Shown here: piece by piece, positions 8,674 through 16,761 of the stretch
Layout: each line of letters opens with the position of its first letter
Numbering within the stretch: the stretch's first letter is position 1
Assembly: GCA_964394465.1 (NCBI GenBank)
Contig: CAYMXS010000001.1
Location: 33,484 to 97,483 of the forward strand
Reading direction: 5' to 3'
Origin: an uncultured Thermoplasmata archaeon
GTDB lineage: Archaea > Thermoplasmatota > Thermoplasmata > Halarchaeoplasmatales > Halarchaeoplasmataceae
DNA: 64,000 nucleotides
Translations under genes and position numbers: made by a program
The notes under the pieces: model-generated
Told to the model about the DNA's origin: nothing
The model's input: only the letters and a program-made list of their open reading frames with translations
The model's database searches: none

Positions 8674-9420
8674 TCATCCTTCGATCCCCTCATCTATCTC
8701 TCCGTTGGGTAACATGGAGTCTGGATGGTATTCGCCTCTCTCCTCCTTTTGGTACCTTACACAGCTCTTCCAGTCGCCCTTGCAGTACAGTTCCACCCAT
8801 CTTCTGTCTATCTTTCCGGCTTCATAGAACCGCTTCATCGGACATACATCGTACCATTTGCACTGTTTCAAGAAGACATTCAATTTCTCATAGTGCCTCT
8901 TCATGTCCTCCTCGAAGGAGTCGTCGTACAGTAAGGAAGCGGGATGAGCTAGAGGATATATTTTCTTGCTATCAGCTAGAAACAGTTCCCCGGTGATCTC
9001 CGAGAATTCCTCCTCGAACGAAAGGTCGTACTTCCCGAATAGATATCTTGTGGAGTAGTATCCCAGAGGTACGAGTATATCCGGATCCACTATATCTATC
9101 TCCCTATCTAGGTACTCGGAGCACGTTTCGATCTCGTCCTGTTTCGGTTTCCTGTAATCCGGCAGCATGCACTTGATCAGGTTCGTCATGTATATCTCGT
9201 CACGCTCGACTCCAGCGTTGTTCAACATCTCATCTAGGACCTCTCCCGAAGGACCTATGAACATCACGCCTTCTTCATCCTCGTTCTCGCCAGGAGCCTG
9301 TGCTATCAGCATGACCCTAGCGTTCCTGTCCCCCTCTCCACACACCGCGTTAGTCCTACTCTCGGAGAGCCTGCATCCTTCGCATATCTTTATCTTCTTG
9401 TTGAGTCCGTGTAGCTTCAT
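8674..9420 (-). CDS. Uracil-DNA glycosylase, family 4 (4Fe-4S type) with a Cys-rich C-terminal extension
   Basis: 248 aa. The N-terminal Cys cluster is CEGCRLSESRTNAVCGEG. The motif-A-like VMLIAQAPGENED and motif-B-like LAHPAS are present. About 60 extra C-terminal residues carry C..C..C (KQCKWYDVCPMKRF...YCKGDWKSCVRY). Confidence 0.75.
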   Translation of the reverse strand: MKLHGLNKKIKICEGCRLSESRTNAVCGEGDRNARVMLIAQAPGENEDEEGVMFIGPSGEVLDEMLNNAGVERDEIYMTNLIKCMLPDYRKPKQDEIETCSEYLDREIDIVDPDILVPLGYYSTRYLFGKYDLSFEEEFSEITGELFLADSKKIYPLAHPASLLYDDSFEEDMKRHYEKLNVFLKQCKWYDVCPMKRFYEAGKIDRRWVELYCKGDWKSCVRYQKEERGEYHPDSMLPNGEIDEGIEG

Positions 9421-9539
9421 GGTTGACTCTTCTCTAAACAGAGTTCATCTTTTAAACTTCAAGGGTCTCGGAGTCATCCTGATTTTTGTTCCTCAAATCC
9501 TATTTTACAACCCACCATATATTTTATCTACCAAAAATC

Positions 9540-9558
9540 TTTCGGTTAACCAAAATTA
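9540..9558 (+). promoter_or_regulatory. Conserved motif TTTCGGTTAACCAAAATTA upstream of the nuoBCDI-like operon. It is near-palindromic around GGTTAACC.
   Basis: TTTcGGTTAACCaAAA is a 16-bp imperfect palindrome. It is flanked by direct ACCAAAA(A/T)T repeats at 9530-9538 and 9548-9556. It lies ~95-110 nt upstream of the start and upstream of TATA-like tgtataat (9573-9580). Confidence 0.4.
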
Positions 9559-9650
9559 CAAATAAACCCACCTGTATAATGAGGTTATATCTGTATGATC
9601 GATCAACTCAGCTATAAAAGCTTACACAATGCTGCAGGGAGACGGATAAC

Positions 9651-10076
9651 TTGAGTCATGACCCGAAGAAGATGAAGAAACTCATAAAGGCTATATGGAT
9701 ATTCAACTGGTTCAACTCGTGTGGGTTCGCTGAACTCATACCGGTCGTTGGTTCCCGATGGGATATGGAACGCTTCGGTATGAAGGTGGTGGGAACACCT
9801 CGACACGCGGACGTCCTGTTCATCGCTGGTTATCAGACCAAGAAATCGATAAAAAAAGCCCAGCGTGTGTACGAACAGATGGCCGAGCCCAAGGTCGTAC
9901 TGGCGTTAGGTTCATGCACCATGACCGGAGGCATGTACTGGGATTCCTACAACACCATAAAGGATCTGGAAGAGTATCTTCCGGTGACCATGTACATCCC
10001 TGGCTGTCCCCCGAGACCCGAAGCGGTCTTCGACGCCTGTGTGCAGATATTCGAACACGTGAAGGGGATGGAATAG
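9651..10076 (+). CDS. NuoB/FpoB/hydrogenase-small-subunit-like protein (complex I 20-kDa subunit family)
   Basis: 141 aa (TTG at 9651; first ATG at 9672). RHADVLFIAGYQTKK, GSCTMTGG and IPGCPP are the family motifs. The first cluster motif is SCGFAE, whereas CC or CxxC is expected, so one Cys ligand is missing. Confidence 0.8.
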   Translation: MSHDPKKMKKLIKAIWIFNWFNSCGFAELIPVVGSRWDMERFGMKVVGTPRHADVLFIAGYQTKKSIKKAQRVYEQMAEPKVVLALGSCTMTGGMYWDSYNTIKDLEEYLPVTMYIPGCPPRPEAVFDACVQIFEHVKGME

Positions 10077-10580
10077 ATGCCCTTGAAAGAGACAGAGATG
10101 TTGGATGAACTGAAGTCTAGGTTCGACCTCGAAGGGAGGATCCAGAGGGATGGTAGGATCTGGGTAACGATAGATAAAAGGGACCTGATCGAGCTGTGTG
10201 TTAAGCTCGATGAGTCAGGATTTACCCACCTCTCTGCCATATCGGCGACGGACTGGCCCGAAGATGAAGAGTTCGAACTGACCTATCATGTCTGGTCCTA
10301 CAGCGAAGACGTGCTCATCACGGTCAAAACGTCCATGGAGAGAGGTGATCCCATAATAGACTCAGTCGTACCGATATGGAGAGAGAACGCCCAGATACAT
10401 GAGAGGGAGATACACGAGCTGTTCGGCATCGATTTCGAAGGGAACGATGACCTAGAACCTCTATTCCTGGAGGACTGGAACGGTCCACCCCCTTTCAGAA
10501 AGGACTTCAACTGGAGGGAGTATGTGCAGGACGAATTCTATGATGAAGAGGATGAGAGGGAGAGTGTGTACTTTGATTAG
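10077..10580 (+). CDS. NuoC/FpoC-like protein (complex I 30-kDa subunit family)
   Basis: 167 aa. The NuoC-like core is ELTYHVWSY...ERE.HELFGIDFEGN. It starts 1 nt after the nuoB-like stop. Confidence 0.75.
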   Translation: MPLKETEMLDELKSRFDLEGRIQRDGRIWVTIDKRDLIELCVKLDESGFTHLSAISATDWPEDEEFELTYHVWSYSEDVLITVKTSMERGDPIIDSVVPIWRENAQIHEREIHELFGIDFEGNDDLEPLFLEDWNGPPPFRKDFNWREYVQDEFYDEEDERESVYFD

Positions 10581-10599
10581 TCAAGAGGGCCTGACCAGG

Positions 10600-11724
10600 A
10601 TGATGAACGACTCAAGGAAAGGCTCAGAAGAGAAGGGATACGACCTTTACTTCGGTCCAGCGCATCCAGGTTCCGGTAACTTCGGTGTCAAGCTGAGAGT
10701 TCAGGGTGAAGAAGTGGTCAAGGCTAGAGCCGATCCAGGCTATCTGCACAGGGGCTTCGAAAAACTGATGGAGTATAGGGTTCCGATACAGAACTCCGTC
10801 CTATCGGACAGATTGTGCGTCCTAGCCGGTCTTAACTGGAACCTTTTACATGCCGAGGCCGTGGAGGAACTGGCGGGGATAGAGGTTCCTGAAAGGGCAC
10901 GGTATATCCGGGTGATAATGGCTGAACTGTCCAGGATACAATCACATCTGATCTGGTACGGTGTTTTCTCCAAGGCTATAGGCTTCGACACCGGCTTCAA
11001 GATAGCCTTCGGCCACAGGGACTATATATTGGACCTGTTCGAGATGATAACCGGCGGTAGGGTCTATCCCGCTGGCTATGTATGTCCCGGCGGGGTGAGA
11101 AGAGACCTTCCAGAGGGATCGGAGGAGAAGATACTCAAGGTATTACTGGACCTGGAAGACATGATAAACATGGAGGAGACCGATCATTACACCTTGCTCA
11201 AAAGGTCCAAGGATGTAGGACACCTTACTCAAGAGGAAGCAAAACGTTTCGGTGCAACGGGTCCAGTCCTCAGAGGATCAGGAGTGAAGAAGGACGTTAG
11301 AAAGGAAGAATCATACGAGGTGTACGATAGATTCGATTTTGAGGTCCCGACCAGAAAAAAGGGAGACGCTAGAGCTAGATACATAATAGGAATAGAAGAG
11401 ATGAAGCAATCTAGAAGGATAATCAGGCAGGCTCTGGACGATATACCCGAGGGAAGATCCATAAACTCCGATCTCGAGAAACCCCAACTGAGAGGAGACC
11501 TACCTGAAGGTGAGGTCTACGTGAGGAACGAGGTCTCCAGAGGAGAAGGAGCGATATATATGGTGGGTAACGGGGAAAAGGAACCATATAGAGTGAAGAT
11601 CAGGGGCCCAGACTTCTTGCACATGATACCGCTCTTCGAGCACATGCTGGAAGGTGCCCAAATAGCGGACGTCCCCGCGATATACTGGAGTCTGAACGTG
11701 TGTCCCGCAGATATGGATAGGTGA
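10600..11724 (+). CDS. NuoD/FpoD-like protein (complex I 49-kDa / [NiFe]-hydrogenase large-subunit family, without NiFe-binding Cys pairs)
   Basis: The longest ORF starts at 10522 and would overlap nuoC by 59 nt. The start chosen here is the ATG at 10600, just after the nuoC stop. LYFGPAHPGSGNFG corresponds to the NuoD N-terminal motif. Where a hydrogenase RxCGxC would lie there is only RLCVLAG. The C-terminus has NVCPADMDR in place of DPCxxC. Confidence 0.8.
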   Translation: MMNDSRKGSEEKGYDLYFGPAHPGSGNFGVKLRVQGEEVVKARADPGYLHRGFEKLMEYRVPIQNSVLSDRLCVLAGLNWNLLHAEAVEELAGIEVPERARYIRVIMAELSRIQSHLIWYGVFSKAIGFDTGFKIAFGHRDYILDLFEMITGGRVYPAGYVCPGGVRRDLPEGSEEKILKVLLDLEDMINMEETDHYTLLKRSKDVGHLTQEEAKRFGATGPVLRGSGVKKDVRKEESYEVYDRFDFEVPTRKKGDARARYIIGIEEMKQSRRIIRQALDDIPEGRSINSDLEKPQLRGDLPEGEVYVRNEVSRGEGAIYMVGNGEKEPYRVKIRGPDFLHMIPLFEHMLEGAQIADVPAIYWSLNVCPADMDR

Positions 11725-11730
11725 ATATAG

Positions 11731-12114
11731 ATGCTTGGAATGCTCCCTAGGTTGTTGAAGAACCTGTTCACGAAGCCCATGACGGTCGAGTATCCCCACG
11801 AATCGATCCCCATACCAGAGGATTACAGAGGGGCTCATGAATATGATGTAGAGAAGTGCGTGTCCTGTTCCATGTGTGCCAAAATCTGCCCAAATAACGC
11901 TATAAAGATGATCGGGGCTCCGGATGAGCTGAAAGAGGAGTTCCCCAAAACCTATCCTGAGATAGACCTGGGTAAGTGCTGTTTCTGTGCCCTCTGCGAG
12001 GATATATGTCCCACAGATGCTCTGTGCATGTCCAAGGAATATTCCCTCTCGACCATGGACCCCGAGGACACCTTCATCGAGCCGTTTCCAGACCATGGAG
12101 AGGAGGCCGAATGA
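11731..12114 (+). CDS. NuoI/FpoI-like 2x[4Fe-4S] ferredoxin subunit
   Basis: 127 aa with CVSCSMCAKICP and CCFCALCEDICP. The N-terminal ..TVEYP.. is as in NuoI. Confidence 0.8.
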   Translation: MLGMLPRLLKNLFTKPMTVEYPHESIPIPEDYRGAHEYDVEKCVSCSMCAKICPNNAIKMIGAPDELKEEFPKTYPEIDLGKCCFCALCEDICPTDALCMSKEYSLSTMDPEDTFIEPFPDHGEEAE

Positions 12115-12168
12115 TAGACCTGGTAGTAAGATAAAGAGAGATAATAAGATGAGATAAGGAGGTATAGT

Positions 12169-12924
12169 ATGAACAGACTGAAGATAGATAAGGAGTGGTG
12201 GAACGAGGTGGTACCGCAGGGATTACCATATCCGTCGTCAACGCTGATAAGTGGACCTGGGGGCTCAGGAAAACCGTTGATAGGATTCGCTTTCGTTCAC
12301 GACTGGTTGAGGGCCGGAGGCAACGTCGTATTCGTGCCTCTCCAGTATCCGGATATGGTCTTCGTAAAAAAGACCTTGAAGGACCTTTACGATATGGACT
12401 TGGAGGGATACGAAGAGAACACCTCCTACGTGCAGTTCGATCCTGAGATCGAAGGGCATGAAAAGGTAGGCCAGAACGAGTGGAGAGCAAACTTATTGAT
12501 GCCGGACATATGGGATGAGATGATAGATGAAGCCGAATATTCGATGGCGGATGGTGGAGAATTGGGTACGCTGGTCTTCGCCTCTGCATTGAACATCCTC
12601 CTGTTCTCCCCCACATACCGGGAACTGACGGTAGATAACATAGAGAGGCTTTTGCGAGACAAGAGGGGACGATCATTCCTCTTCAATGTAAGCACCAGTG
12701 CCTTCCGAGAGGCTGTAAGAGACTGGGAAGAGGCTGCCGACAACCTGATGTTCTCCAGGATGGGAGATGACATGAAACTTTATCTAACCGTAGATAGGTT
12801 AGCGAACGAGGAGGTCGCTCTTGACGAGGTCTACGTGCCGATCGAAAGGGAGATGCTGCAGGAGATAAAGGATGTGGCCGAGACCGTCAGGAAGCGAAGG
12901 ATACCTCAGCTGAAGGAGATCTAA
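12169..12924 (+). CDS. RecA-superfamily ATPase-like protein (KaiC/RadA-like, COG0467-type) with a deviant Walker A
   Basis: 251 aa. The P-loop ISGPGGSGKPLIG reads GKP where GKT/S is expected. A RecA-like core follows. Confidence 0.45.
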   Translation: MNRLKIDKEWWNEVVPQGLPYPSSTLISGPGGSGKPLIGFAFVHDWLRAGGNVVFVPLQYPDMVFVKKTLKDLYDMDLEGYEENTSYVQFDPEIEGHEKVGQNEWRANLLMPDIWDEMIDEAEYSMADGGELGTLVFASALNILLFSPTYRELTVDNIERLLRDKRGRSFLFNVSTSAFREAVRDWEEAADNLMFSRMGDDMKLYLTVDRLANEEVALDEVYVPIEREMLQEIKDVAETVRKRRIPQLKEI

Positions 12925-12926
12925 AG

Positions 12927-13574
12927 GTGATGGATATGAAGGTGACCATCGTATATGACAACACGGTCTATAGGGAAGGTTTAGAGAGTGACTGGGGCAT
13001 CTCTGCCCTCGTTGAAAAAGAAGGTGTCCCCAAGATACTGTTCGATACAGGGGGCAGTGGACGTATACTGCTCAACAACATGGACAAGCTGGGTGTGGAT
13101 CCAAGATCGATAGAAGAGGTCTTCATCTCACACGCCCATTATGACCATACTGGGGGACTGTCCGCGCTCCTCACTGAGAACAGAGAAGTCACGGTCTGGA
13201 AACCCCCTTCCTTCAGAGGGGTCAAGAATGCAGAGGAAGTGGTCACGGTCGAAGGGCCGGCTGAACTGCATGACGGAGTCCATTCTACGGGAGAACTGCA
13301 GGGTATCGAGCAGTCGCTGTGCGTGGAGACCGAAAGTGGTATCGTCGTTCTGGCGGGCTGCTCCCATCCAGATATGGGAAATATACTGAAGATTGCCTCT
13401 CAGTTCGGCGATGTCCATGGTATAATCGGGGGACTTCATGGGACGAAGAGCGGACAGCTGAAGGGCCTCGAGTTGATATGCGCAACCCACTGCACCCAGC
13501 ACAAAGAAGCCATCAGGAAGAGATATCCTGAGCAGTACATGGAAGGGGGAGTTGGAAGGGTCATAGAGATCTGA
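12927..13574 (+). CDS. MBL-fold metallo-hydrolase (paralogue B)
   Basis: 215 aa. ISHAHYDHTGGL is the HxHxDH motif. It is roughly 40% identical by eye, co-linear, to the 7225-7893 protein, on the opposite strand. Confidence 0.6.
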   Translation: MMDMKVTIVYDNTVYREGLESDWGISALVEKEGVPKILFDTGGSGRILLNNMDKLGVDPRSIEEVFISHAHYDHTGGLSALLTENREVTVWKPPSFRGVKNAEEVVTVEGPAELHDGVHSTGELQGIEQSLCVETESGIVVLAGCSHPDMGNILKIASQFGDVHGIIGGLHGTKSGQLKGLELICATHCTQHKEAIRKRYPEQYMEGGVGRVIEI

Positions 13575-13661
13575 TAAGGGATGATGTTCGTGTTTGAAGA
13601 TAACTAGTTCGATCGATCTGTAAAGCAGGAGAAAAGATCATGAAATATAAGAGGTAAAAGG

Positions 13662-14831
13662 ATGAAGAACGAGATAGATGTATCTGAAAGGATTAGAAAT
13701 ATAGAGAAATCAGCCATACACGAGATGACCAGATTGTCCAAGGATATAGACGACGTAGCGTTCATCTCCTGGGCGAAGCCGACTTCTAAGACGCCCAGAC
13801 ATATACGAGACGGTGCTATAAAGGCCATAGAGGACGGCTCGGTCGGAGGCTATTCACAGAGTGAAGGATTACCGGAACTCAGAGAAGAGATCGCCAAGAA
13901 GCTGAGAAGGGACAACGATATAGACGCTAGAAAGGAGGAAGTGATGGTCACAGTGGGCGCTATAGAGGGACTTTCGGCCGCCATGATGACCGCCATCGAC
14001 CCAGGAGACGAGGTCATCCTTCCTTCACCGACGTACTCGACCCATATAAGGGAGATTTTACTTGCTTCTGGCAAACCAGTCTTCGTGCCCAGTATAGAGG
14101 AAGAAGGTCATGCTCTGGATATCGAAGGTATCGAAGAGGCCATCACGCCGAAAACGGAGGCTATAATATACTGCTCACCGAGCAACCCGACCGGTGCTGT
14201 TTACACCGAAGAGCAACTAAAACAGCTGGCCGATATAGCATTGGAACACGACCTAACGGTCATCACCGACGAGGCCTACGAGTATTTTACATACGACGGT
14301 CAGGAGCACTTCAGTATCGGCTCGATACCTGAGATGAAGAAGAACACGATCAGCGGTTTTACCTTTACGAAGACGTATGCCATGACTGGCTGGCGTCTGG
14401 GTTATCTTCACGCCGACGAGGAGATGATCAAGCAGATAAAGAAGGCACACATACCCTTCGCGATATGCGCTCCAGTTGTTTCTCAATATGCAGCACTTTC
14501 AGCTCTAAAGGGACCACAGGACTGCGTTGAAGAGTTCAGAGAGCATTACCTTTCTGGACGTGACCTGATGTGCGACCGTCTTGACGAGCTGGACGAGGTC
14601 TTCGATTATCAGAAGCCAAAGGGGTCTTACCTCATGTTCCCCAGGGTTAAACTCGAAGAGGGTAAAGACTCTACCAGTTTCGCTAAAAGACTGCTGAAAG
14701 AGGCGAAGGTTTCAGCTACTCCCGGGATAGCGTTCGGTCCGACGGGAGAAAGCCACCTCAGGATGTCGTTCTGCGTTTCCGAGGACATGATAAACAAGGC
14801 CTTCGACCGGATGGAGGACTATTTCACATAG
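13662..14831 (+). CDS. Pyridoxal-phosphate-dependent aminotransferase, class I/II (AspAT-like)
   Basis: 389 aa. The fold-type I pattern is present, including SPSNPTG and the TFTKTYAMTGWRLGY PLP-lysine region. Confidence 0.85.
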   Translation: MKNEIDVSERIRNIEKSAIHEMTRLSKDIDDVAFISWAKPTSKTPRHIRDGAIKAIEDGSVGGYSQSEGLPELREEIAKKLRRDNDIDARKEEVMVTVGAIEGLSAAMMTAIDPGDEVILPSPTYSTHIREILLASGKPVFVPSIEEEGHALDIEGIEEAITPKTEAIIYCSPSNPTGAVYTEEQLKQLADIALEHDLTVITDEAYEYFTYDGQEHFSIGSIPEMKKNTISGFTFTKTYAMTGWRLGYLHADEEMIKQIKKAHIPFAICAPVVSQYAALSALKGPQDCVEEFREHYLSGRDLMCDRLDELDEVFDYQKPKGSYLMFPRVKLEEGKDSTSFAKRLLKEAKVSATPGIAFGPTGESHLRMSFCVSEDMINKAFDRMEDYFT

Positions 14832-14836
14832 GATAG

Positions 14837-15202
14837 ATGATAACGATGGACGACGAAGAGATACTCGCCATGGAGCCCGGAGAGGAGATGAACAAAAGGG
14901 TTGCCGAGAAGCTGATGGACGGGGTTTCTGGTGACTATTCTCAGGACGTTTCCTCCTCCTGGAAGGTGGTCAAAAGACTCTGCGAGACGGGGTGGAGGAT
15001 GGATATCATGTCCTCCAAAAAGGAGGAGAACGTGGGCGGTATCAAGATGGTGAACGGCACTCCAGTGAGCTTGAACTTCCTCGCGGAACGGGTGAAGTGC
15101 GATAACCTTCCAGAGGCGGTATGTAAGGTCGCTTTACTGATCAAAAACAACTCCCATCGTATCGAGGATATCGTTTCTGATACTGGTCAACGAAGCATTT
15201 AA
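14837..15202 (+). CDS. Hypothetical protein resembling the phage ABA-sandwich domain (Phage_ABA_S-like)
   Basis: 121 aa. EEMNKRVAEKLMDG..YSQDVSSSWKVVKRLCETGW..LPEAVCKVALLI mirrors the ELDALVAEKVMGW / AAWEVVEKL / AICRAAL pattern I recall for that domain. Confidence 0.35.
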   Translation: MITMDDEEILAMEPGEEMNKRVAEKLMDGVSGDYSQDVSSSWKVVKRLCETGWRMDIMSSKKEENVGGIKMVNGTPVSLNFLAERVKCDNLPEAVCKVALLIKNNSHRIEDIVSDTGQRSI

Positions 15203-15227
15203 GGTGATGTAAACCATATCATCCAAC

Positions 15228-16172
15228 ATGGAAGAGAAGCTCTCCTACGGGCCGGTACCGTCAAGACGTCTGGGCCAGAGCCTAGGGGTCAACAACATAC
15301 CTCCCAAGATATGCACCTATTCATGCATCTACTGCCAGCTCGGAAGGACTCTTGATATGCAGGTGGAGAGGGAGGAGTTCTACACAGTGGAAGAGGTCTT
15401 TGAGGCGGTGAAGGAGAAGGTCGAAACTGCTGAAGAGAACAACGAAGAGATAGATCACATCTCGTTTGTACCGGACGGAGAACCCACTCTGGATAGGAGT
15501 TTAGGAGAGAAGATAGAAAGGGTAAAAGACCTGGGTCAAGAAGTTGCGGTCATATCCAACGCTTCCCTGATTTACGATGAAGAAGTGAGGGAAGACCTAT
15601 CCAAGGCGGATTGGGTCTCCCTTAAGATGGACGCCGTTTCCAAAGAGGGGTGGAAGAAAGTCAATCGACCGCACAAGGACTTGGACTTGGAAAGGATCAT
15701 GGACGGCATACACAAGTTCTCAGATATGTTCAAAGGAAGTTTGAACACCGAGACCATGCTGGTCGAAGGAGTGAACGACTCCACATCGGAGCTGGATAAG
15801 ATAGCTGATGAGCTGGTCGATATAGACGCGGATAAGAGTTATATCGGGATACCGACGAGGCCTCCAGCCGAGGACTGGGTTAAGCCGCCGGATGAGAAGA
15901 AGATAACCGAGGCCTACAGGATATTCGAAGAAGAAGGTCTCGATGTTGAATATCTTATCGGTTATGAAGGCGACACATTCGCTTCCTCCGGTGACCTGAA
16001 AGAGGACCTACTGAGCATAACCTCGGTGCACCCCATGAGAGAGAGGCAGGTGGAGAAGCTGATCTCGAAGTCTAAGGGTGATTGGTCCGAGGTCCAGGAA
16101 CTCATCGAAGAGGAAAAACTTATAGAGACGGAGTTCAAGGATGAAAAATTCTATATGAGAAAACTAGCTTGA
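15228..16172 (+). CDS. Radical SAM protein
   Basis: 314 aa. The N-terminal YGPVPSRRLGQSLGVNNIPPKICTYSCIYCQLG carries the CxxxCxxC cluster motif. The subfamily could not be assigned. Confidence 0.75.
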   Translation: MEEKLSYGPVPSRRLGQSLGVNNIPPKICTYSCIYCQLGRTLDMQVEREEFYTVEEVFEAVKEKVETAEENNEEIDHISFVPDGEPTLDRSLGEKIERVKDLGQEVAVISNASLIYDEEVREDLSKADWVSLKMDAVSKEGWKKVNRPHKDLDLERIMDGIHKFSDMFKGSLNTETMLVEGVNDSTSELDKIADELVDIDADKSYIGIPTRPPAEDWVKPPDEKKITEAYRIFEEEGLDVEYLIGYEGDTFASSGDLKEDLLSITSVHPMRERQVEKLISKSKGDWSEVQELIEEEKLIETEFKDEKFYMRKLA

Positions 16173-16194
16173 GGATGAATCCCAGGGGTAGTAC

Positions 16195-16761
16195 ATGACT
16201 GAAGAGATAGAGAGATGGGAAAGAGAGGAAGGACCTGATTTTCTCAGGAAGATAGGGCTCGAAGAGGGCGACAAGGTCCTAGATTTTGGAGCCGGCCACG
16301 GTCATTACACTCTTCCAGCCGCCGCTGTGGTCAAGGGCGCTGGAACGGTCTACGCGGTGGATAAGGAGGAGGGTCCGCTTCATTCCATAGCCGATAAGGC
16401 CTCTGAACACGGACTGAGGAACGTTAGAACGATAAAGAACTCCGGCGGTATAGAGCTCAAGTTCGAGGAAAACTCCATAGACAGGGTACTGCTTTTCGAT
16501 ATACTGCACTACATGGAAAGAGAGGATAGAAGGGAACTGTATCGGGAAGCCAGGAGGATACTGAAACCTGAAGGCGTTCTGTCCGTCTATCCTAAACATA
16601 CCAAGGAGGACTTCCCCATGGGTGAGTTCGAAGACATGAGCGTGGAAGACGTGGCCAACGAGGTACAGGAATTGGGCCTAGAACTCAAGGATAAGATATA
16701 CGGGAAGATAGCCCACGACGAGGGACTCGTTGAAGGCTGTGTTCTGAACTTCATCAAATGA
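16195..16761 (+). CDS. Class I SAM-dependent methyltransferase
   Basis: 188 aa. VLDFGAGHGHYT is motif I and a Rossmann MTase fold follows. Confidence 0.7.
   Translation: MTEEIERWEREEGPDFLRKIGLEEGDKVLDFGAGHGHYTLPAAAVVKGAGTVYAVDKEEGPLHSIADKASEHGLRNVRTIKNSGGIELKFEENSIDRVLLFDILHYMEREDRRELYREARRILKPEGVLSVYPKHTKEDFPMGEFEDMSVEDVANEVQELGLELKDKIYGKIAHDEGLVEGCVLNFIK

Noticed and set aside
9651-11724. Energy-converting [NiFe] hydrogenase (Ech/Mbh/Eha-type)
   Set aside because: The large-subunit homologue lacks both CxxC pairs that ligate the NiFe site. It has RLCVLAG and NVCPADMDR, with single cysteines only. No membrane subunits or hyp maturation genes are nearby. It is more like a NuoD/FpoD or Ehr-type non-hydrogenase.
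11500-12676. Long antisense ORFs 11500-12096 (-) 198 aa and 12074-12676 (-) 200 aa
   Set aside because: They overlap the well-supported nuoD/nuoI-like and ATPase genes on the opposite strand, and have Arg/Ser/Pro-rich composition with no motifs.
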